Assembly (NCBI GenBank): GCA_963776265.1
Contig: CAVZMD010000012.1
Coordinates: forward strand, 37,351-101,350
Reading direction: 5' to 3'
Length of the DNA stretch: 64,000 bases
Origin: an uncultured Acidobacteriaceae bacterium
GTDB taxonomy: Bacteria; Acidobacteriota; Terriglobia; Terriglobales; Acidobacteriaceae
In this document: positions 54,203 to 64,000 of the stretch, one piece after another
Layout: each line of letters starts with the position of its first letter
Position numbering within the stretch: the first letter of the stretch is position 1
The notes under the pieces: generated by a model
What the model was told of the DNA's origin: nothing
The model's database searches: none
What the model saw: the letters and a program-made list of their open reading frames with translations, nothing else
Translations under genes and position numbers: made by a program

Positions 54203-54222
54203 GGCCCGACTGAAGTCGGGCC
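54203..54222. repeat. REP-like hairpin
   Basis: GGCCCGAC-TGAA-GTCGGGCC. Confidence 0.65.
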
Positions 54223-54244
54223 CTTCTGAAGGCGCGAGGCCATC

Positions 54245-54320
54245 GCTTGGCAGCGAGATCGAGCTCGACCGTCTGATCTGGGAAGACAGCCTGCATCTCG
54301 AGGTGTCCGCCGAGCGCTTC
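54245..54320 (-). pseudogene. 3' remnant of an XRE-family HTH (antitoxin-like) gene
   Basis: EALGGHLEMQAVFPDQTVEL resembles the C-terminal EALGGxLxxxAxFPD of small XRE proteins. Confidence 0.6.
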
Positions 54321-54534
54321 GTCGATGGGCTGGGCGTCAGGGGCGGAAGCATCGAGGACCTCGGCGAGGTGGGGCGGTGGGCTTCGAGCGGGCGGCGGAC
54401 GCGGACGAGGCGGGCGGTGATGGACCAGGCGTCGGGGCCGGAGAGGCGGAGGATGCCGAGGCCTCCGCGGCCGAGGGTGTGGCGATGGGGGCGATGGTTT
54501 CGGTGTCTCGATCGGTCCTTGGGGTGGAGTTCAT
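54311..54534 (-). pseudogene. mnmE: 5' fragment (~70 codons) of tRNA modification GTPase MnmE
   Basis: ETIAPIATP, then LGRGGLGILRLSGPDAW..LEAHR, then LAEVLD..PIDEAL across two frameshifts; the SYTGED motif and G domain are absent. Confidence 0.8.
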
Positions 54535-54853
54535 TTCAATCCGGATATTAAGCGCAGAACGGGGATGAAGCCGACGGCGTCACGACCTAAAAGGCCTACA
54601 GATAATGGTTTTTCGCTGCGGGCCGGACAACAATTTTCCGGAGATTTACAGGAGAACGCTGCGTGCCCGGGGCATGGCTCTAGCGGGTCGCGGACGCTCG
54701 TGTACGTGAGCTTACCGTTCAACCTGTCTAGCGCCGGCTCGTCACAAACCCCTTCGAACGGTTCAAAAGTTGCAGCCTAACAGCACCGTTACGCGATCCG
54801 CGGAGAGCGCTCTTTGGATTTGCATCTGCTGCGGTTCGGAAAGGGGTGATGGA

Positions 54854-57800
54854 GTGAAGACCTTCTTGCGAGCTCTTCTCGTCGGCCTCGCGGTCCTGGT
54901 GCCGGCTTCAGTTGTGGCACAGGATCAATCTGCGGTCACTGGCAGCCTGAACGGCACGGTGACTGACCCAACCGGTGCCGCGATTCCCGATGCGACGGTC
55001 ACTGTTTCGGGGCCACAGGGAACGATTACAGCGCACACGGATAATCTCGGACGGTTTACAGCAGCGAAGCTCCAGCCGGGCTACTACGACGTCAAAGTCG
55101 CGAAGACGGGCTTCGCCACAGCGATAGCTAGGCACAATGAGGTAACAGTGAGTGTCGCCTCGACGCTGAATCTGAAGATGGGCGTGGGCAGCGAGGAAAC
55201 GACGGTTGAGGTTACGGCAGCCGCGGTGCAGATCGACACGCAGTCCACCGCGGTTACGACGAACCTGACCGACACCTTCTACCAGAGCGTTCCGATGGAG
55301 CGGAATGTGAGCGCGATTTTCTATGCGGCGCCGGGCGTGGCGCAAGGGCAGGTGAACACGACGCCGAATGCGGCGGGACCGGGTTCTTCGAACCCGTCGA
55401 TCGGCGGGGCGTCGGGGCTGGAGAATCTTTATATCGTCGATGGTGTGACGATCACCGACCAGGCGTTCGGGAGCATCGGCACCTTCAACCGCTATAAGGG
55501 CGCGCTGGGCACAGGCATCAACCTGGCCTTCGTCAAGGAGGTCGACATCAAGACGACCGCCTTTGAGCCCTCCTATGGCAAAGCGACCGGCGGCATCGTC
55601 CAGATCGTCACGAAATCCGGCGGCGATCACTATCATGGCGCGCTGGGCGCGTACTTCGCTCCTTCGCAGTTCTGGGCGAGCCGGTACCAGTTCTATCAGT
55701 TCGGTTATTTGCAGAGGAGCCCGTTCAGCACGCTTTCTCAGCCGGCGCTTGAGGCGGCAGCGGAGTTTGGAGGGTATGTTCCGGGGCTGAAGGACAAGAT
55801 GTTCTTCTTCGGCGCGTTCGATCCTTCGCTGAACTCTACGTTTGTCGCTGCCAATCCGAATTCTCCCCCGCAGTCGACTGCTTTGGGTGTTCTTCACTCC
55901 AACACCACAACTGTGAGCTATGCAGGCAAGGTGAACTGGAAGGTCAACGACCGCGGCAACCTCGAGCTGACGGCGTTTGGCGATCCGGCGCGGCACAACT
56001 CCGTACCAAACCTGTGGGTGAGCCCGGATGGGCTCTCGAGTACCGCTCCGCTGACGACCTACAGTTCTTACAACTTCGGTTCGGAGGACTACCTGGCGCG
56101 TCTGGATTATGCACTCACGTCAACATGGACGGTGGATGCGGCCTATGCCTACAACCACAACCACTACAGCGAAATTCCATCGGACAACGTCTACCAGATC
56201 GCGAACAACGTTCCCACGTATCTACCGAATCCCTCGGGCGCGATCAGTACGGGTTTGGGAGCGTACGAGCCGTCCAAGAACAATACCTACAGCATTGAGG
56301 CCAATACTTCGAAGGTTGAGAGGCTGTGGGGCCAGCACACCTTCAACATCGGCTATCAGTACGACCACACGAACTTCCTGGATGAGCCCTTGCGCTCTGG
56401 ACCGCTCTTTGCGATCCCGGGAACGAACTATCTGGGGAACCCTATTCCCAATGTCAAGCAATCGGCTATCGGGCAGATGAGCAATGCAATTTTCCAGATC
56501 ATTCCTGCGAACGTGAAGAATCTCGCGGACCACACCTGCACGAAATGTCCACTGGTCGATGGCGCTTCTGTTTACGCGACCGTATACCGCGGAACGTATC
56601 AGGGTCTGTATGTGAACGCCCTTGGCCGTTACCACACCGCCTTTGGAGAGGACGTGTACGAGATGAACCGTCACGTGACCTTTGACATCGGGGTGCGGTA
56701 CGAGATTCAGCGCGTGGCCGGAACACTGTTCAGCTATAACTTCGGACCGAGCTGGTCGCCCCGCATGGGCGTCAACGTTGATCCGATGGGCGATCAGAAG
56801 ATGAAGATCTTTTTCAACTTCGGCCGCAACTACTGGGCGATGCCGTTGGATGCAGCGATCCGTCAGCTCGGCAACGAGCAGGACGCAACGAAGTATGCGT
56901 ACTACCCGACGGTTGCCTCAAATGGAACGATCACCGTGACGCCGGATGCGGCCCACGCTCTGAACGGAACGCCACAATCAACAACGAACGGCATCGTGAG
57001 CACGTTCGGGTCGCCGAGCTTCACTTCGTCCACCGGTGAGGGCATTATTCCGGGAACGAGGCAGGAATACGAAGACGAGTATGTGTTCGGTGTTGAGCGC
57101 AATCTGTCGCAGTCGATGGTGTTCAAGATCCGATACTCGGACCGCCGTCTCGGGCGGGTGATCGAAGACATCGGATCACAGTCGCCTGAAGGCTCGACGA
57201 TTGAGAATCCGGCGAACTTTACGGGTGGCATTGCGAACCCGAGCCCAGGCACGGATATTTCCACCAACGAGCAGGAGGTCACCTACACGCCTGCTCAATA
57301 TTTCGCGGCGAATCCTGGCAACGTGACGGCGGCGACGTACAAGCCACCGGTACCGGGCTGCACGTACACGAACGACACCACCAATCCTAATGCGAACGGC
57401 GGCTTCTTTATCAGCCCCAACGGAACAACTGCCGGAGGCGCATGCTTCCTGAATGTGGCGACTGCAGCGGCGCCTCCGCCGGACGGCCTTCCCGATGGGT
57501 TCGTGAAGCCGGAGCGGCGCTACAACGCAGTTGAGATCCAGCTCGACAAGCGCTTCAACCATAATTGGCTTGCGTTTGTGAACCTGCGCTGGGGCAACCT
57601 GTGGGGCAACTACGAGGGTGCTTTCCGTAACGATAACGGCCAGGCCGACCCTGGAATCAGCTCGCTGTTCGACTTTACGCCGGGCAAGCTTGGCCTGTTG
57701 GGTGACCAGTTCGCAGCAGGTTACCTCAGCACGGACCGTCGCATGATTGGCAATCTCTTCCTCAGCTATAACGTGGGATCGAACACACGGTTTGTCTCCA

Positions 57801-58165
57801 TGGCCAAGGGCCTCACGTTCGGACTTGGGTTGCGTGGCCAGTCGGGCGTTCCGCTCAGTTATCTGGCGGACCACCCGATTTACCTGAATCAGGGCGAGGT
57901 TCCGGTCGGTGGCCGCGGCGCGGCAGGCCGCACATCATCGTCAAGCCAACTCGACGTCCACCTCGACTATCCAGTGCACTTGTCCGAGCGATCCAGCCTA
58001 AAGCTGGCGATGGACATGTTCAATGTGACGAACAGCCAGTTTGAGACCGGCCGCGTGCAGTGGACACAACTGCCAACCACGCAGGCACCCAATCTCGACT
58101 ACGGCCGTCCGTCGGCGTTCCAGGGACCGTTCTATGCCCGTGGGTCGGTGCGGTTCGAGTTTTAG
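54854..58165 (+). CDS. TonB-dependent receptor (Oar-like) with N-terminal carboxypeptidase-regulatory-like domain
   Basis: GTVTDPTGAAIPDATV; ENLYIVDG; YGKATGGIVQIVTKSG; C-terminal RGSVRFEF. Confidence 0.93.
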   Translation: MKTFLRALLVGLAVLVPASVVAQDQSAVTGSLNGTVTDPTGAAIPDATVTVSGPQGTITAHTDNLGRFTAAKLQPGYYDVKVAKTGFATAIARHNEVTVSVASTLNLKMGVGSEETTVEVTAAAVQIDTQSTAVTTNLTDTFYQSVPMERNVSAIFYAAPGVAQGQVNTTPNAAGPGSSNPSIGGASGLENLYIVDGVTITDQAFGSIGTFNRYKGALGTGINLAFVKEVDIKTTAFEPSYGKATGGIVQIVTKSGGDHYHGALGAYFAPSQFWASRYQFYQFGYLQRSPFSTLSQPALEAAAEFGGYVPGLKDKMFFFGAFDPSLNSTFVAANPNSPPQSTALGVLHSNTTTVSYAGKVNWKVNDRGNLELTAFGDPARHNSVPNLWVSPDGLSSTAPLTTYSSYNFGSEDYLARLDYALTSTWTVDAAYAYNHNHYSEIPSDNVYQIANNVPTYLPNPSGAISTGLGAYEPSKNNTYSIEANTSKVERLWGQHTFNIGYQYDHTNFLDEPLRSGPLFAIPGTNYLGNPIPNVKQSAIGQMSNAIFQIIPANVKNLADHTCTKCPLVDGASVYATVYRGTYQGLYVNALGRYHTAFGEDVYEMNRHVTFDIGVRYEIQRVAGTLFSYNFGPSWSPRMGVNVDPMGDQKMKIFFNFGRNYWAMPLDAAIRQLGNEQDATKYAYYPTVASNGTITVTPDAAHALNGTPQSTTNGIVSTFGSPSFTSSTGEGIIPGTRQEYEDEYVFGVERNLSQSMVFKIRYSDRRLGRVIEDIGSQSPEGSTIENPANFTGGIANPSPGTDISTNEQEVTYTPAQYFAANPGNVTAATYKPPVPGCTYTNDTTNPNANGGFFISPNGTTAGGACFLNVATAAAPPPDGLPDGFVKPERRYNAVEIQLDKRFNHNWLAFVNLRWGNLWGNYEGAFRNDNGQADPGISSLFDFTPGKLGLLGDQFAAGYLSTDRRMIGNLFLSYNVGSNTRFVSMAKGLTFGLGLRGQSGVPLSYLADHPIYLNQGEVPVGGRGAAGRTSSSSQLDVHLDYPVHLSERSSLKLAMDMFNVTNSQFETGRVQWTQLPTTQAPNLDYGRPSAFQGPFYARGSVRFEF

Positions 58166-58189
58166 CCGCAGTCGACTCTTCTACCCTGG

Positions 58190-58223
58190 AGGAGGGAGAC
58201 CACTGGTCTTCCTCCTCTCGTTT
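58190..58223 (+). terminator. Intrinsic terminator
   Basis: GAGGAGGGAGACC-ACT-GGTCTTCCTCCTC then TTT. Confidence 0.65.
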
Positions 58224-58335
58224 CAAGGAGCAGCCGTTGGTTCGTTCAGGCCTGTTCGCCCTTCTGTCTTCTCGTCTCGTGTAGCGGATGGTGGCCCCGT
58301 TGTCCGCGTCGTGCGGGTTTGTGGACAAGGCGGAC

Positions 58336-58521
58336 AAGGCGCTGCACAGCAACGCGGAGCGGGACAGTTTCATCGAGGCGTTCTGGAAGGCGCGCAATCC
58401 GACGGCGCGCCCGGACAATCCGTACAAGGAAGAGCGTTACCGGCGACTGCAGTATGCGAACGAGCACTACGGGCTTGCGCGGGCGCGTAACGGGTGGCGA
58501 ACGGACCGGGGCCGGATCTAG
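58336..58521 (+). pseudogene. Internal fragment of a GWxTD-domain gene
   Basis: ERDSFIEAFWKARNP..NPYKEE..RRLQYANEHY..GWRTDRGRI then TAG; no signal peptide or downstream domain. Confidence 0.85.
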
Positions 58522-58701
58522 GATAGAGCGAAGCAGAAATATCCGGTTGGTTGCGGCGTACTCCCATCACGGACACTAAGCGGCGGTCGCAGAGCGGCTT
58601 CGAACGGCGGATGACGGGCGACGGCTGCCCCGAAAGCGGCCACGGCCTTCCCGGAGCATGCTAAGATTCCGCGAGCATGCCCGGGAGGCAGTGGGTGCGT
58701 T

Positions 58702-61700
58702 ATGAAGTCCGTGCAGATGTCGCGGGCGCTGACCATCGCAGGCATGCTTATCCTCGGGATCGGTGGGGGCTACGCGCAATCGAACCTCGCCTCGGTCAGC
58801 GGCGTGGTCAGCGATCCGAAGGGGGCTGTCGTTCCGGCAGCGGCGGTCTCGGCTATCAACACGGCAACGGGCGTCGATACCAAGACGGCTACGGACGCTG
58901 CGGGGTTCTATGCCATTCGTAACCTGTCGATCGGGGCTTACGCGCTGACGATCGAGCACCCGGGTTTCAGACGGTACATCCGGCAGGGGATGATCTTGAC
59001 CACGGGACAGTCACTCGGTCTCGACGTGCAGCTCGAGCTTGGCGAGTTTAGCCAGACCATGAACGTAAATGGTGAGGCGTCGCTCCTCGAAACGCGCACG
59101 TCCGACATCGGGAACGTGGTGACATCGAAGAGCGTTGAAGCCTTGCCGCTTGCGAACCGCCTCACCCTGAACCTGGTTCAGCTCAGTGGGGCGGCAGTGT
59201 TCGTGGATAGCGTCACTCTGAGTACGGCTCCCGATTTCAGCCTGGCGGGAGGACGGACTGGGACCCCGATGGCTTGGCTCGATGGAGCGGATATCCAAAA
59301 TCTGCGGCTCGGGACGGGTCTCATCACGATCGACCCCCCGGTGGATGCCATCCAAGAGGTCAGAGTCCTGGGAAACAACTATTCGGCGGAATACGGCGGC
59401 TCGTCTGGCGGAGTGATTGTGGAAACGACCAGGTCGGGAACGAATCAGTTCCACGGCAGCGCCTACGAGTTTTTCCGCAACGATGCCCTGGACGCGGCCG
59501 GCTATTTCGCTCCCGTGCAGAGTGGCGCGAAGCTCAAGCCAGAACTCCGATACAACGTGTTTGGCGGTAGCGTAGGCGGTCCGATCCGACGCGACGAGAT
59601 TTTCTTCTTTTTCGCTTTTGAGGGAGATCCGCTGCGGCAGGGTAGCCCGGACATCCTAACGACGCCCACCGCTCTGCAACGTATCGGCAATTTTTCCCAG
59701 ACCGTTAACTCAAAGGGTCAACTGATCCCGATTTACGATCCGGCCACGACGCGCGTTGTGAACGGCAAATTCGTGCGGGACCAATTTCCCGGCAACATCA
59801 TTCCGCCCGATCGAATTGATCCGGTGGCGGCCAGGGTGATGAATTTCTATCCTCTGCCGAACCAGCCTTCTCCAAATTTGGCGGGGGGGAATAACTTCAG
59901 CGGTAATTTTGTTACCGGGGGGTCGACTTACTTTTACTTAATAAAGGCCGACTACGCTGGAGGCGCAAACGATCGGTTTTCGGGCTGGTACATCAACGAA
60001 GACGACTCTCCAAACAACACCAGCGTTTTTCCCGATCCAGCCGCCGACTCCCAAACCTTCAGTATCAACAATCACCATTACGGCTACGGCTCCTGGTTCC
60101 ATATGTTCGGTCCGAACAGGATGAATGACTTGAGCACCACTTACACTTACCGGACCGACCACGCCCTAAGTTTCGGCCTGGGCGGGGATTATCCCTCCAA
60201 GCTGGGGCTGCAAGGCGTGCCAGAAGAGGCCTTCCCCAGATTCGCTGCTTCAGGCTTTAGCGCGCTCGGCTCGGCGCAGCAGGAGCGCCGCCAATATCCG
60301 ATTAAAACGGTGACTGTCCTCGACAATTTGTCCTGGGTGCTCGGCCGGCACGCGCTGACGTTCGGTTTCCAGGAGACGCGCTCGATCAATAACGACGTCC
60401 TGCTCAGCGCCGTCTCCGGCTCGTTCAGCTTCTCCACCTTGCCCACCGGACTCCCCGGCAATTCGGCTTCCGGCAGTGGGCTGGCTTCGTTACTGCTGGG
60501 TTTTCCTACCAGCTTTAGCGAACTGGCGACGGAGGAGCTCGACCGCCGGAGTTGGTACCTGGCTGGCTTCGCCGGGGATGACTGGACGGTGAATTCCCAG
60601 CTGACGCTCAATCTCGGGCTGCGCTGGGAAACGGACACTCCCATGCTCGACGTCCACAACCGCATTAATGGGTTCGACCTGTCCGAGGTCAACCCGGTCT
60701 CCGGTACACACGGGGTGGTGAAGTTCGCGGGTGTGAACGGCTTTCCCACATCGGTTTACTCGGGCGACTGGAACAACTTCGGGCCACGGTTCGGCTTTGC
60801 CTGGGCGCCGCGCCGCTCAGAAAACACGGTGGTCCGTGGAGGCTATGGAGTCTTCTATTCGCACCCGTTCGATCAAGGTAATCCCATCGCCGCCGCCCTC
60901 GGCTTTAGCCTTTCCGCTAATCTCACCAGTCCCGATAACGGCATTACCGCGCCCTTCTACCTGCGCGATGGCGTCCCGGTCAGCGCCGCCGCGCCCGCAC
61001 TCAATGACGCCTTCGGGGCAGTACCGGGCGGAGAGAATCCTAATACTGCAGTCACTTTTTTCGAGCGCCGGCGGAAAACCGGAACGTCGCAGCAATTCAA
61101 TCTGGGCATCGAACACCGCTTGAGCGGAGGGTTTGTGGTGCAGGCCGCGGGTTTGGGTAACATTGCCCGCGACTTGCCCGGAGACAATCTGTCTCTCAAT
61201 CAGATTCCGCCTTCAATTCTGGGAGCGCAGCACCAGTCGCAAACCGACCGCCCCTTTCCGCAATTTAGCAACGTCAGCGTCATTAGTCCTTCACTTGCAT
61301 TCTCGAATTACTACGCTGGCGTGGTGCGATTGGAGAAGCGCTTTTCGAACGGGTACAGCGTCGGGGCGAGCTATACGTACTCCAGCTTTCTCGACAATTG
61401 CGATCATAACGGTGCTCCCACGCTCGGGGACGACGGCGGTTGCTATTCAAACTTTTACGACCGTGGCGCCGATTATGGTCCGGCCGCTAACGACATTCGC
61501 CATTACCTGATTTTCAACGGGGTCTATGAGCTGCCCTTCGGTTCGGGCAGGCGCTGGCTGGCGAATAGCGCCGCACGTTACTTGGCCGGGGGATGGACGC
61601 TGGCCAATATCACCACGATCCGGTCCGGGCCGCCCTTCACGGTGACGGCTCTGACGAATACGACGAATGCGTTCTCAGCAGGGGCGCTGCGGCCGAACGT

Positions 61701-62030
61701 TGTCCGAGATCCCAACCTGCCGTCGAGCCAGCGGTCGGTAAGCCGATGGTTTGATATTGAAGCCTTCCGGCAGCCCGTGCTGTTTCAGTTCGGCAATGAG
61801 GGTGTGGGGACGCTCCGAGCCGCCGGGCTGGTCAAGTTCGATTTTTCACTCCTGCGAAACTTCAGCCTGAATGGACGGACTCGTTTGGAGTTCCGCGGAG
61901 AATTCTTCAATGCTTTAACCACACAAACCTTGGGCTTCCGGGGGATACCTTCGGTTCGTCGAGCTTCGGCGTGATTAGTGCAGCTGGGCGGGCACGACAA
62001 GTTCAGTTGGGCGCCCGGATCGTCTTTTGA
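58702..62030 (+). CDS. TonB-dependent receptor (Oar-like) (frameshift ~61918-61945)
   Basis: GVVSDPKGAVVP; YSAEYG; TRSGTNQFHGSAYEFFRN; NFGPRFGFAW; corrected C-terminus RQVQLGARIVF. Confidence 0.93.
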
Positions 62031-62041
62031 TAGCCGCACAC

Positions 62042-63982
62042 TTACGGACGGGGATCGAAACGTCGGGCGAGTTCCTGTACGCGAGGGTCGGAGCGGAGGT
62101 CGGCAAGTTGAGGATCGACGTTATAGTCCTCGAACCCAGTGCTTCGGTTTTGGTAAGCGGTATTGAGCCACTCAATTGCTTTGTTTTTGTCCCCCAAGAT
62201 AGCGTAGTCACGCGCAATCCAAAACGCATTCTCCGGGACAGTCCCGCTCTTCGCTTGCTTTTCCGCCCAGTTGACCTCGCCCCGTAGAAGCACCGCTTTA
62301 GCTTCAGCATAGCCCGATGAGAGGTAACTTCGTTCCACTCTTGCGGCAAGATCGGCCTTAGATCCGAATCTTAGCGAGGCCACGAATTCCGCGATGGCTT
62401 CCTTTTGCATCGCCTTGTGCTCGTAAATTTCAGCCATGCGGCGATGGCGCCTTTCAGAGTCCAGGTCAGGATCGGGAACTTGATGAAACCATTCAAGCGC
62501 CTCGTCATATCGCCCGACAAAGTAAAGCGCAACGCCCAGATTGTTCTTCTTCTTGGGAGTTAGCGGGTCAAGCTCCTCTGCGCGCTCCAGCTCCGCGAGG
62601 GATTGATCAAACCGCCCGTAGTGGCGGAGATAAATGCCGTAGACCTGATGAGCCCAGGCGTTGCTTGGGTCGAGCGCGATGGCCCGCTGCAATTCTTTCT
62701 CGGCGATGGATTGCATCCCTCCACCAGCAGCGGTGGTGGTTAGCATCGAGACGTGGGCTTCGGACAGTGTCTCGTCGAGTTCGAGTGCTTTCTGCGCGGC
62801 AGCCCTTGCTTTTGGCAAGGTCTCCGCCAACGGCGCAATTCCAACCTGCCCCCATTGGAAGTATGCGTCCGATAGCCCAGCCCAGGCTTGCGCAAAACCG
62901 GGGTCCTTCTGAACGGCCTCTTGAAAGTATCTGAAGCCCTCCTTGAAGCCATCGCGGGTCCACTTGTCCATCTCGTACCGCCCTCTCAGATAGGCAATCT
63001 CGGCGTCAGGGTCGACTTGGCGGACGGGCGCCAGTCGGGCCTGTTCCTGCGGTTGCAAGTCCACCTTGATCTCGCCGGCGATGGCACGGGCGACCTGGCT
63101 CTGCAAAGCCAGAACGTCGCGCAAGTCGTGCTCGTAACTCTCCGCCCAAAGATTTCTGTCACTCCGCGCGTCAATCAACTGTGCGGTAATACGCACGCGG
63201 CTCCCCGAGCGCTCAACGGTGCCTTCTACCAACGCGTCCACATTCAGTTCATTGGCAATTTGCTTCAAAGGCTTCTTCGTCCCTTTGAACTGCATGGACG
63301 ACGTTCGTGAAATGACCTTCAGCGTGCTGATCTTTGCCAGGTCTGTCGTCAATGCATCCGTCATGCCCTCGGCAAAGTATTCCTGGTCCGGGTCGCTGGA
63401 AAGATTTTCAAGCGGCAGCACGGCGAGGGATTGAATCGATTGTTGCGCGGTCCCTGGACGCGGCCGAGTTTCGGCCAAAAGTCTATCGCGCCATCGCGCG
63501 CCGTACGTCCCGATGAAAATGAAGAGGAGGGCGAGGACCCCGGCGCCGACCATTACCGGCATCCGGTACCGGCTCCATCGCCGGCCAGCCAAAGCCTGCA
63601 CGGGTGGCTCGTGGCTTGTGGTTGGGCCAGGAGCTGCGGACTCTTCCTCCTCGACCGGCGCGATGAACCTGTACCCGCGCCGCGGCAAAGTTTCGATAAA
63701 TCGTGAGCTCTCTCTCGAGTCACCGAGGGCTTCGCGCAGTTTCTTGATGGCAGAGTTCAGCCCAGAATCGAAATCGACGAACGTGTCTTCGGGCCACAAT
63801 TCCTTTCCCAGCGCCTCCCGGGTGACCAACTCGCCCGGCTGTGCCAGCAGGATTGCCAGGATTTTCACCGGCTGCCCCTGAAGCTTGACCTTGTTTCCGT
63901 GCTTGCGCAGTTCCTCGGATCGAAAGTCAAGTTCAAACGCGCCGAAGCGCACGCATTGGCGAGAATTTGCCGGAGCTTCCAT
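62042..63982 (-). CDS. CadC/OmpR-type wHTH regulator with TM, TolB-like and TPR domains
   Basis: RFGAFELD, LNSAIKKLREALGD..IETLPRRGYRF; SLAVLPLENLS..YFAEGMTD; TPRs. Confidence 0.92.
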   Translation of the reverse strand: MEAPANSRQCVRFGAFELDFRSEELRKHGNKVKLQGQPVKILAILLAQPGELVTREALGKELWPEDTFVDFDSGLNSAIKKLREALGDSRESSRFIETLPRRGYRFIAPVEEEESAAPGPTTSHEPPVQALAGRRWSRYRMPVMVGAGVLALLFIFIGTYGARWRDRLLAETRPRPGTAQQSIQSLAVLPLENLSSDPDQEYFAEGMTDALTTDLAKISTLKVISRTSSMQFKGTKKPLKQIANELNVDALVEGTVERSGSRVRITAQLIDARSDRNLWAESYEHDLRDVLALQSQVARAIAGEIKVDLQPQEQARLAPVRQVDPDAEIAYLRGRYEMDKWTRDGFKEGFRYFQEAVQKDPGFAQAWAGLSDAYFQWGQVGIAPLAETLPKARAAAQKALELDETLSEAHVSMLTTTAAGGGMQSIAEKELQRAIALDPSNAWAHQVYGIYLRHYGRFDQSLAELERAEELDPLTPKKKNNLGVALYFVGRYDEALEWFHQVPDPDLDSERRHRRMAEIYEHKAMQKEAIAEFVASLRFGSKADLAARVERSYLSSGYAEAKAVLLRGEVNWAEKQAKSGTVPENAFWIARDYAILGDKNKAIEWLNTAYQNRSTGFEDYNVDPQLADLRSDPRVQELARRFDPRP

Positions 63983-64000
63983 TAGGAATGCCCGCTTTCC

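Noticed and set aside
54670-54685. Sigma54 promoter upstream of the first TonB receptor (GG-N10-GC)
   Set aside because: Poor flanks (GGGGCA, TAGC) and no clear IHF site; likely chance in GC-rich DNA.

Overview
This is a GC-rich bacterial chromosome segment, most likely Acidobacteriota (Terriglobia/Acidobacteriaceae-like). The taxonomy is inferred from a TIGR03435-type protein, Oar-like TonB-dependent receptors, a GWxTD fragment, PEP-CTERM genes and REP-like repeats. It is mostly housekeeping and envelope genes (ruvB, lptD, serA, SurA-like, lipA, glgM/glgA-like, tal, hslUV, ychF, asnS, prmC, tgt) mixed with accessory genes. Many genes, including essential ones, carry single-base frameshifts, which fits uncorrected long-read indel error. 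I found no rRNA, tRNA, CRISPR array or transposase. Main findings: (1) two tandem PEP-CTERM paralogs share an equally spaced upstream layout of a TGCAA-N4-TTGCA palindrome, an IHF site and a sigma54 -24/-12 box, plus an SD-occluding hairpin that could form only in read-through transcripts; (2) the 5' end of mnmE is fused at a 10-bp stretch to the 3' end of an XRE-type gene, next to a DUF5677-like orphan; (3) there are truncated cytochrome c and GWxTD remnants; (4) several dispersed repeat families occur, including a heptamer repeat and palindromes inside coding sequences (tgt, asnS). All product calls come from motif recognition by eye, with no database search.
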